Below, in pieces: positions 54,261-64,000 of a stretch of 64,000 nt of DNA. The stretch comes from Octopus vulgaris (Eukaryota), in assembly GCA_951406725.2 (NCBI GenBank), contig OX597819.1, positions 49,662,001-49,726,000 of the forward strand. The letters are read 5' to 3'. The position numbers and the translations under genes are program-made. The notes below the pieces were generated by a model, which made no database searches, had not been told where the DNA came from, and saw nothing but the letters and a program-made list of their open reading frames with translations. Each line of letters begins with the position of its first letter. Position 1 is the first letter of the stretch.

Positions 54261-54871
54261 TCACATAACCTCAGGATGTCCTTAATGAAATATGCTGGAC
54301 AGCATTCCAACCATGTCGATCCCGTTTTCTAAAGAATAATATATACTCTACTATATTGTTCCACGTGTTCGTTTTCCGAATGTGTGTGCGCGCGCACGCA
54401 CGCACAAAATACTATACTATGTTACAGAATATATAGATTTTAGCTAATACAATGTAATAGACAGATATGAACACATTGTTTTTATATCCCACATCTTCAC
54501 GAGCAGAAAGAGTGATTCGCTGGAATATTTTCAATCCTGCTTTGGAATTTCATTAACGACCAAATATACTTTTTAACTTTCCACGGAAACATTACTTATA
54601 AAACTTAAGCTTAGAAGTTAAGTTGGATAGACCGATTTGCATACATAACGCATTTTTGACATGTGACTCGCTAAATGAATTACTAATATGTTAACATGGT
54701 TTTTGTTTCAATGCTATACTACAGAATATACCTACAAATTTTAACCAAAATTCTGTAATAGATATAAACACTGTATATAGAAAACTCAATTGGTTTTTAA
54801 GTTCCAGTAACGCGAACGTAGACTTTTCTTTCGGTAAAGTCTCCATATAACTCCAAATTTAGCAAGGTATA

Positions 54872-55092
54872 TACAAGGGGCTGTTGAAAAATTCCTGGCT
54901 TTGGGTAAAAGAAAATACAAAAGGATCAGTGAATTATGATTTTAATCAACATATTCACCTCTCAGGTTCACACATTTTTTGCAGTGGTCCTTCAGTTTTT
55001 CTAAGGTCTGTAAAAGAACTCTGAAGATTGTGCCTCCAGACAGGCTTTTCCCGATACCCTTAAAGCCAGGTTCTTTTCACCCTTTCCTCGTA
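54872..55092. mobile_element. Mariner-type MITE, ~220 bp
   Basis: Imperfect ~30-bp TIRs TACAAGGGGCTGTTGAAAAATTCCTGGCTTT and AAAGCCAGGTTCTTTTCACCCTTTCCTCGTA, with TA ends. Confidence 0.65.
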
Positions 55093-55104
55093 TAATCATA
55101 CACA

Positions 55105-55450
55105 CGTGAAAGTGTGGTTAAGAAGCCCGCTTTGTTGAAAGCACGCGGTTTTTGGGGTTCACTCTCACTACGTGGCACCTTGGGCGACTGTCTTTTCCTA
55201 TAGCCTCGAGCCAACCAATACCCTGTGAATGAAGTTAGTAGACAGAAACTGTGTAGAAGCTGGTCGTGTATGTATATATGTGTGTGTGTGATTATGTTTA
55301 TTCCCCTCACCACTTGACAACCAGTGTTGGTTTGTTTATGTCTCCGTAATTTAGCGGTTAGGCAAAAGAGAACGATGGATTAAGTACTAGACTGGTGTTG
55401 ATTAGCTCGATTAAACCTATCAAGGATGTGCCCCAAGTAAGAGTTAGGTA
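55105..55450 (+). mobile_element. SINE family B, diverged
   Basis: GTGTGGTTAAGAAG..GGCACCTTGGGCGACTGTC. Confidence 0.7.
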
Positions 55451-55914
55451 ATAAAAGACTTAAAAAAACAAAAAAAGGGAAACATTCACATTACCTGTCT
55501 AGTTTGATCAAATGGGTCAGAATATGTCGCCTCGGGTTTTCTATAGCTGATCGGCATATAGTGATGACCAGAATTCGAAATAAATTGTTCAGATGTAATC
55601 AGAGGGATTTGTACTGTCTCATAACCGGACGTCAAGTTTGATCTTTTCGTCCTGGCTTCGTTGGATATGCTTCGTTTACATCGAGGGCTGCTTGCTGTTT
55701 AATATCAGAAGGAAAAGCAAATATAAACAAATATTCGAATAGAATCGAGAATAAGGCGGCGAGCTTCCGGTGGTATTTGAACTCAGAACGTAAAGACGGA
55801 CGAAATGCCGCTAAGCAGTTTTTCCCCGGCGTGCTAACGATTCTGCCAGTTCGCCGCCTATTTGCAAACACTACTGATACGAACAGTTCAACATCACCAG
55901 TACTATTCCTGTTG

Positions 55915-56285
55915 CTAATAGCGACACAATTTTCCCTGTGGCCATGCTGGAGTACCGCCTTTAGTCGAGGAATTCTTTGTAAGCCTAGTACTTATTCTAT
56001 CGGTCTCTTTTGTCGAACCGCTAAGTTACGGGGACGTAAACACACCAACATCGGTTCTCAAGCGATGTTGGGGGGGACACGCACAGACACACAAACATAC
56101 ACACACAGATACATACACATATATATAAAACGGGCTTCTTTCAGTTTCCGTCTACCAGATCCACTCACAAGGCTTTGGTCGGCTCGAAGTTATAGTAGAA
56201 GACACTTGCCCAAGGTATCACGCAGTGGGACTGAACGCGGAACCATGTGGTTCGTAAGCAAGCTACTTACCACACAGCCACTCCA
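55915..56285 (-). mobile_element. SINE family B
   Basis: Reverse complement of the same body. Accounts for the middle of track ORF 55777..57042. Confidence 0.85.
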
Positions 56286-56289
56286 ACAG

Positions 56290-56850
56290 GAACATTACCA
56301 TCAAGGATACTATTGTCAAAGACACCACCATCACCATTGTCCACAACAGTACAATCGCCACCGTCGTCACCGCCGTCATCATCACCGCTACCGTCTCCAT
56401 CATTATGAACAACACTATAAATCACCTCCGTTATCACAACATCACCCCGCTATTGCAAACACCACCACCTCCTTGTCAGTACCACCACCATCGCTACAGT
56501 CACTAACACTAATCATCACCGTTATGGTCAAGAACGTCATCACCACTGCTGTCAACATAACCGTCATTGTCATCCATATTATCATTATTGTCAACAGCAA
56601 CACAACTTTCAGGAACAGTAGAATTGTTGCGGCTACCAATACAATTGTGAACATCGACATCATCATTATCACCACTATGGCCAACAGTAATACTGTTACC
56701 ACTACATCTATTACAAACATCACCACCATTACTACCACCACCCATTCTATTGCCAAACGCCATCATAATTGCAAATATCACTTCCACCACCACCACCGCC
56801 ACTACTATTACCAATACGAACACCACTTTCCTCATCAACATTCATCATCA
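56290..56850. repeat. Degenerate CAC/CAT trinucleotide low-complexity tract
   Basis: Direct inspection. Confidence 0.8.
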
Positions 56851-56870
56851 GTGTTAGCGAGAGCTGAGTT

Positions 56871-57037
56871 CACTAGCTTAGCTAGAATGCGTGCCGCCCG
56901 GGACAGCCCTTCCGTTTGCCGCCCCCCGACTCCACAAAAAAACTTTGCCTACAGTAGGCCCAAAAGTGGTGCCTCTTTAAAGGTGCCGCCCGGGGAGGAC
57001 CGCTCCTACCGACCCAACCTAGCTAGCTACGCTAGTG
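56871..57037. mobile_element. GC-rich MITE with 8-bp TSD (hAT-like), 167 bp
   Basis: TIRs CACTAGCTTAGCTAG and CTAGCTACGCTAGTG (14/15). TSD GCTGAGTT/GCTGAGCT. Internal GTGCCGCCCGGG occurs twice. Confidence 0.7.
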
Positions 57038-57109
57038 GCTGAGCTGCTACCAGCTCGCGCGACCAGTTAGAAACTGCGGCCAAATCTCCCTCAAATCTCA
57101 CCTCCATTA

Positions 57110-57660
57110 CCTTCGAAGAAAAATTAAGACAAAGAACAAAAAAAAAGGGGGGGGTAACAGGAAAATTTGAAAATATAGGAAGACAGAAAAGAAATGGGGA
57201 AAATAGGGCAAATTAGTACGATAATAGGGAAATGGGAATAAATGGGGAAACAAGAGAGAAAGGGGAATATAAGAAATGAGTAAACAGAAGAAAATGGAGA
57301 AAATTGGAGGGAAATGGAGAAAAATAGAGGAAAATGGGGAAATAGGAAAACGTAAGGAGAAAGGCAAAAATCGGGAAAAGTCAAAAATTGAGGATAAAAT
57401 GGGATAAAACAGGAAAGAAGTAAAATAAAAGTAACAAAAGAGAAAGAATACAAGAAAAAAAGAAAAATGGAGATGCGAAGAAGTAAAAAGAGAAAAAGGA
57501 TGATGTACATAGAATAGGGACGAAACGAAAGAAAAAAAGAGGAAATTGAAATATAAAAATAAAAGAATCAAAACGAGAAAAGAAGATTAAGAAAGAAAAA
57601 AACAGCACAAACATTAAAAATGAACGACAGAGAAGATAGAATAAAAAAAAAAAACAGGAA
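57110..57660. repeat. A/G-rich low-complexity tract
   Basis: Direct inspection. Gives Phe-rich spurious minus-strand ORFs. Confidence 0.8.
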
Positions 57661-58179
57661 AGAACATGCTAGAAATGGCGCCACCCACCACAGACACACA
57701 CTTAAACACCTCTACAATTAAGTAAAGGCATAACTAACGCCTGCCACTAATCTAACATCGAGTAGTTTTAGCTCGGTCTATGGCTGACCGATTAAGAGAA
57801 TCGAAACTTTTCGACATATTTAATCGCATTCGTCCCCGTTCGTGGAGAAATAAACGAAATCAAAGCGGACAAGATGATTGATTAGTGTTCGTCTAAAGCT
57901 GATTGTCCAGCGTCAAGCGTGTCGCAAACGTATTGTGGACATCGAGAAATCTAATTTCACAGATGACCAGCGCGAACGCTTCATTTCAGATTGCTTGCCT
58001 TCTTGCTCCCTCTCACCATCCTCCCATCCAAACATTACCGCCACCACCACCACCATCACCGCAACAACAACAACAACAACCACCATTAAAGTTTTCCCTC
58101 TCATATCAATTCTCCGTATCCATCGCGTCCGCCATCATTATTCGAGTACATACAATCACATTGTGTATATATATGCACG

Positions 58180-58690
58180 CTTATGTACATATATATATAT
58201 ATATATATAAATACATTTTATACGTGTGTGCATGTACATGTATATTCACACACACACACACATGCATACATACATACATACATACATACATACACCCAAA
58301 CATACACATACATGCATACATGTGCATATGTTGTATATTCACACACACACATGCATACATACATACATACACCCAAACATACACATACATGCATACATGT
58401 GCATGTACATGTATATTCACACACACGCACACACACATGCATACATACATAGACACCCAAACATACACATACATGCATACATGTGCATATTTATATGTTG
58501 TATATTCACACACACACGCATACATACATACATACATACACACCCAAACATACACATACATGTGCATATTTATATGTGTGTACGTGTGTGTGCGCGCGCA
58601 TACATACATGCATATATATATTGGCATATTTGCACAAGCGTACACAAAATGCATACGAATGTTCATGCATGTACATATATATTCTCATAC
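58180..58690. repeat. Compound CA/TA/CATA microsatellite with larger repeated blocks
   Basis: CACCCAAACATACACATACATG recurs 4 times. Confidence 0.85.
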
Positions 58691-59324
58691 ATGTTCATAC
58701 AACTCCAGATCTTTGCCTCTCTCCTTTCATGTTTCTATCTCTAACTACGCCTCTTTCCATCTGTTCGTCACCTACTCTCTTATATTTTATTACTTTCACC
58801 ATTCTCTCCCTCTCTCTCTCTTTCATACACACTCCTTCTGCAACTAAACAAACATTCCCCCCCCCACTCCTTACATTTCTCAACCGTTCCTTCCTTTTCT
58901 CTTGTTATCATTAAACATCACTCTTCCATATCACGTCTCACTCACCCCCCCCCCCCCCATACACACACACAGAGTAGTGTGAGACGGCAATGATGAACAC
59001 AAAGCCGATAGAAGAAGTATGACGTAGTGATGACATAGTGCTGATCATGTGGTGAGAGAGTGTACTAGGAAAACGGTACTTGAAATGATTCTAACTGCAT
59101 TATACCACTTTGCCCGATCCTCCGTCGGTTTTAACGATGGACATTCACTTGTTCGATCAACTGAACAAGCTATTCGTTAAATTATCGTGTAAGTGATTGA
59201 GATATCACACAGATACAAGTATCCTTAATGCAAATTCTGAAGTAGAATCGGCATAATACGTCACAAAGCTGAATCTTTGAATTACGGTTGTAATCCATTC
59301 GACAGGTTTCTGTAGTTTTCGCTT

Positions 59325-59830
59325 ATCGTTTACTGGTTTCAGTCATTGGACTGCGGCCATGGTGCAGTACCGTCTTGAAGGGTTGAATCGAAAAATTTTC
59401 AAAACCGATCCCAGTACCTATTTTTACGCCTGGTATTTATTCTACCGAGGCTCTTTAGGTTACGGAAACGTAAACAAACCAACACCGGTTGCGAAGCGGG
59501 GTGGTGCACGAGCTCACACACACATATATAACATACACATACGATGAGCTTCTACACAGTTTCCGTTTTACCGAATTCGCTCGACTTTTTAAGTCTACCA
59601 GGACTTATAAAGAACTTGCCCAAAATGCTGTGCGGTGGGACTGAACCCGAAACCACATGGAGCACGCAATTGCAAAGTGAGCTTCTTAACCACAGCCATA
59701 CTTAATTGATCCAAAAGACTTGATTCGACCTGAGGCTATGATTTCAAAAAAAAAAAAAATTCCCATGATGCTCCGCAGTGGTATGGAACCTGCGACCCTG
59801 TGAATGCAAAGCAAATTTCTTAACCATTTG
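59325..59830 (-). mobile_element. SINE family B, diverged copy plus extra head fragment
   Basis: TTTCAGTCATTGGACTGCGGCCATG tail and GGGACTGAACCCGAAACCAC head in reverse complement. Confidence 0.65.
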
Positions 59831-60777
59831 GCTACACTAACTCTATATTACACAACTGCATTTTCCTTGACGTAACACTTTCCGCTGTTCAACGTCCTGG
59901 CCAAGATTTGATGAGATTAGAGGAGAGTCTTTAACGACTAGCATATGGAGTGGTGGATGCGTACGTGACGATCAGTACAAAAAGACGATATCGTTATTAT
60001 TCATAGCCTCATCTCAGAAACATATCTGATCTGTTATGTAGTCTTAGTATTTTGTATACAGATACGTACAAGACTAAAACCAATAAGGATTGCCACTACG
60101 TGGTCGCCTCGCCAGCTAGAAATAGCAGCGAAATCTTTCTCAAATCATATTCTGCCATCTTATCATGCAAGTGGCATTGGACAACATCGTCCAAGATGAG
60201 TCAGATGGACGCAGCGGGAACATTTTTCATCTTATTTTTATTTGGAGTTGAACCGGAACTAAACAACTACCATTAACAAAGTAAAGATCTGGATGAGCGC
60301 ACTTCAACAGCTAACTATGCATGAGTCAAGGTGGAGCCTCGCTATGGATGCTCAAATTGCTAGAAATAGCAACGAAGCTAAGCTTCTCTCAAATTACATC
60401 GTACCACCTTAAAACAGGAAAGACATCGGATTGGCTGGTCATGGATGAAATGCATTTGATTAGAAATCTGTTTAGTGAGGGACTGGGTGGCGCGTGGCTT
60501 AGTGGTAAGAGTCTTGGATTGTGGTTTCAATTCCTGGACCGGGTGACGCGTTGTAGTCTTGAGCAGAACACTTCATTTCACGTTGCTCCAGTCCACTCAG
60601 CTGGCAAGAATGAATAATCCTACGACGGACTGGCGTCCCGTCCAGTAGGGAGCATGTATGCCAGAGAATCTAGGTGACCGGCCCTACGAGTGTCTCAGAC
60701 TTGGGAAGGAGCTTGGTCAAAACTGACCTTAAGCTAAACGAATCAATGTGAGCCAACGAGGGAGCCTCTATGTAGAC

Positions 60778-61899
60778 CAGGAGTGGGCGACCTTTTTCGA
60801 TCACGGGCCGCACAGTGCGTCTTTGGAACCTTGGCGGGCCTCATTTATAAAAATCAAGTGAAAATATTTTTAAAGGCGGTTATAGACCTATAAACACACA
60901 ATTGATTGAAAGGAAATTTTGTGAAATATTCCTGGTTTAAGTGATTTAATTTATTTTTTAGAGGTGAGTATCGGGTTCATGTTTTTCGGTTATTTGCTTC
61001 TATAGTTGAAATTATTACAGGAACCTCGGTTATTTTGGACAGCCTGTTATTGCTTACAAATTGCCAGGAACGGCATTTCCTAGTAAAATCTGCACTAATT
61101 GTGGACAACCACCTCTTAATATTATGGACAACCATGATGAATATTATACTTAAATTCTAGGATACCCAAAATAAAAGATTTTAAAGAGATATAACAGTTT
61201 ATTAATATGAATTGATATCTGAAATTAGAAACGTCACCTGAAGCATTTATTTGAAAAACAAAGCGGCTCTGTAAATAACAATGTCAATGAGAATGATGCA
61301 GCTGACTACTGTCATTTACCAGTTTGTCAAAATTAGGTGTCAAGTTGCTGGTGCTGATTCTTAACACTGACTGAAGATTTGAGTCTGTGAGAAGTGATCG
61401 ATTCTTCCCCTTGTTAATTTTCATGATGGAGAAAGTCTGCTCACATATGTAAGTTGATGCAAACAACACAAACATATTTCTTGCAAATTTTTTTAGATTT
61501 TGAAACTTTTTTGAATGTAGAGAAGCATAAAACTCGACCAGTGGTTTACTTTCAAACATCATCTTTAAAGAATTGTCGGCTTGCAAATGAATCAGTTCTA
61601 TCTGCAGTTCCTCGGTAGTTGTTTCAATGTCACAGGCAAGAGGTGAGTTAAGCAAATCGAACAGGCCTTCAACTGCCTTGAACAAACAGCGGACAATTTT
61701 GTGAAGGCGCGAAACAGTGAACTGAAATAAAATGCAAACTATTGTGAATTACCGTACAACTGAAGCAGTTACGAAGTATCTGCATAGAAGTTGGGATTCA
61801 TAAAAGCTCTCGGCGGGCCGCATGAAAACCTATGGCGGGCCGCATGAAAACCTATGGCGGGCCGCATGCGGCCCGCGGGCCGTAGTTTGCCCACCCCTG
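60778..61899 (-). mobile_element. Internally deleted hAT transposon (Buster/Charlie/SPIN-like)
   Basis: Termini CAGGGGTGGGCAAAC and CAGGAGTGGGCGACC. Perfect 8-bp TSD ATGTAGAC (60770-60777, 61900-61907). Subterminal GCGGGCCGCATG repeats at ~61810-61870. Confidence 0.93.
61284..61685 (-). pseudogene. hAT transposase C-terminal (dimerisation) fragment, GTF2IRD2/Buster-like
   Basis: ORF contains FASTYICEQTFSIMKINKGKNRSLLTDSNLQSVLRIST, typical of the Buster-type hAT C-terminus. The N-terminal and catalytic parts are missing. Confidence 0.88.
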
Positions 61900-63664
61900 A
61901 TGTAGACTGTATTTTAATCAGCTAGAAGTAGCAGCTAAATGTCCCCCAAATTGCACCAACGTGTGGTAAGGATATATTAGATAATGTACTCCTAGATGGG
62001 CCTTAGAAAAAGGATTTGGTCATGGATTGGTCATGGCTTGGATGCCTTTAATCTGAGTGACCCTCTGTCTCAACAACATCAACTAAGGTTGTGTCGACAA
62101 ATCAGTGTCGGGAAACGAAAAATATCAAAACGAGGTTTCCAAATAACTTATTCAACATCGCAGAAACACTGACTTTTTTTGTATGATCTCACTCGTGCTT
62201 CAGAAAAAGTGAAGATCACAAGAGTTTTACACACAGAACCAGAAATATTGATGGATTCGGAATGTGTGTAGAAACAGATTAAATGATTCGAATAAAAGAA
62301 ATATAAAGCACTTTTTTTTTTAGATTTTTCCCTCTTCCTCTTTTTTTTTTATATATTTAGTTAAAGAATATTGATGAACAATGGAGTTGGTTTCAAAATA
62401 AAAGATTAAAGAGAGAAACGGAAACCCTCATCGTAGCAGTACAATAATAAAACGATTAAAACTCAACGCTGTTTCAGTAAACAGTTGATGAAAGCCAGCG
62501 ATATAGCCAGGGTTGAATGATTGGTTAACTAGCTGTAACTGCCAGCCATCAGTAAGAGTGGAGGTAGTGAAATAAACACGCAAAAATATAACAGAACCGT
62601 GGGACAGTAAGGGGTAAAAAAAAAGTTTTTTAAATGTCCTAGATTTGTACTAACTATAAATTCAAAGTTAGGCGGAAAATGAAAAGAAAGAAAAAGACAT
62701 CAACCACGTTCTGGTAGGTATTACTGAAACAATACTTGGAATAATGTGATGGAATTTCAGCAAACTGATCCTATAGAGACACGATAATACAAAAAAAGTG
62801 ATTATATTAACTTTTAACGCTGGCATAATACCTCGCAATTGTAGAAGAGGCACAGAGTCTGTAGATGGAATACCATTTTGGTGGCGTTTCTAAACCAATA
62901 GGGATACATTTCGCTCAAAGTTTTCTCAGTCCTATAGCCCCTTCGTTCTTCGCCTGGGCAGTAGCACATTTTGAGAGAGTGTGTGTGTGTGCGCGCGCGC
63001 ACGAGGCGCTGGGAAAGAGGTTATGATTCTTCTTAAAAATAAAATATTTTAATCTGATACGATACTGATATTTAAAAAATATTTTCAAAAATGTGTTTAT
63101 CAGCATTATAATATAAGCAAAATATAGTATTATCAGTGAGAATACACAACTTGTTTCGGGCCGTCTTTTTCTTTAAGTGCTTGTTTTATAAGTAGACATT
63201 TTCTGTGATACCAAACAATTGGTTAGCTTGAGTACGATGTCCCACCCTGCACTTCGCTCTCAGAGGACCAAGGAACCAGAAACAGTAAATCGTAGAACAA
63301 ATTACTTTGTTTTAGTTATGATTTTTCCCGTTCTGACTTCATATCTCGCCAAGATTGACATCGTCTGTGATCATTCCGAGATTGATGGAAATGAGTACCA
63401 AGTAAGGACCGAGTGCAATTGTAATTGACTATACTCGCCCTCGGGTTGTCTGAGAATGAAGTGCAGAGTGGGGCTTCGTACCCGAACCCACCAAAATATT
63501 GGTATATCAGGAGATATCGATATTGAAAAATAGCATTTAAAAAAAAAGGTCTGAAACAAAACCTTTACCCCCCACCCAGTATCCTCACTAATAACACAAT
63601 GTCCTCATTCCTATTGTAATCTCAACAAAGACTTTTTGAAAATGTGTTTGAAATATAAATATTG

Positions 63665-63765
63665 TACAGTAATCCCTTGACTATTGCGGGTGTTACGTTC
63701 CAAAACCCCACGCGATAGGTGAAAATCTGAAGTAGAAACAATACTATTTACAATTGACAGATATT
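63665..63765 (+). mobile_element. Tigger/pogo-like terminal fragment, interrupted by a SINE
   Basis: TA+CAGTAATCCCTTGACTATTGCGGGTGTTACGTTCCAAAACCCCACGCGATAGGTGAAAATC resembles Tigger-type MITE ends. The other end is not in the window. Confidence 0.5.
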
Positions 63766-63769
63766 TGCC

Positions 63770-63962
63770 CTCATCTTGTTAACACAGCGTTTTGGCTGAT
63801 ATATCCTCCAGCCTTCATCAAGTGTCTTGGGGAAATTTCGAACCTGGGTTCTCATTACTAAGGTATTTTTCGATGTTATTATTATTCAGGTCACTGCCTG
63901 GAATCGAACTCGGAATCTTGGGGGTTAGTAGCCCGCGCTCTTAACCATTACGCCATATGCCC
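63770..63962 (-). mobile_element. tRNA-derived SINE with degenerate hammerhead-like tail
   Basis: Head GGGCATATGGCGTAATGG (A box, 63955-63945) and GAGTTCGATTCC (B box, 63911-63900). Tail ACAC-TTGATGA-AGGCTG-loop-CAGCC-AAAA-CGCT-GTGT. Confidence 0.7.
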
Positions 63963-64000
63963 GTGCGCATATCCGTCAAATGTAAATAATGTACATAATT

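Noticed and set aside
55777-57042. 421-aa His/Thr-rich ORF
   Set aside because: Runs across a family A SINE fragment, an antisense family B SINE, a CAC/CAT tract and a MITE; a chance read-through.
57903-58847. 314-aa ORF and overlapping HTHT/YIYI ORFs
   Set aside because: Microsatellite translations. The same applies to most 60-150 aa ORFs in the track.
63890-63962. Possible tRNA gene
   Set aside because: The acceptor and anticodon stems do not pair well and the sequence continues into a SINE body. The same holds for the other tRNA-like heads.

Overview
Eukaryotic, AT-rich, microsatellite-saturated DNA. The SINE families and repeat landscape look like an octopus (coleoid cephalopod) genome; this is an inference. 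The only host gene I can support is the 5' part of a groucho/TLE co-repressor gene on the minus strand. Coding exons are 18885-18865, 17168-17071 and 11604-11541, joined by GT-AG introns and translating to [62 protein letters not shown] did not find the next exon (expected YYEMSYGLN..), so the gene continues left of the window. A motif-rich putative promoter lies at ~19.95-20.35 kb and a second cluster at ~23.2 kb. The remaining ~44 kb has no recognisable host exons. It holds tRNA-derived SINEs, a full-length but decayed DD37D (maT) Tc1/mariner element, an internally deleted Buster-type hAT element with a perfect 8-bp TSD, several MITEs, RTE LINE remnants and large mini/microsatellites. Almost all long ORFs in the track are read-throughs of these repeats. 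The most unusual observations are three separate hammerhead-ribozyme-like folds (32.9, 39.2 and 63.8 kb), one inside a loop-less 156-bp palindrome, and a SINE inserted as a head-to-tail dimer inside one 15-bp TSD. Coordinates of degenerate repeat copies are approximate. No searches or folding programs were run.
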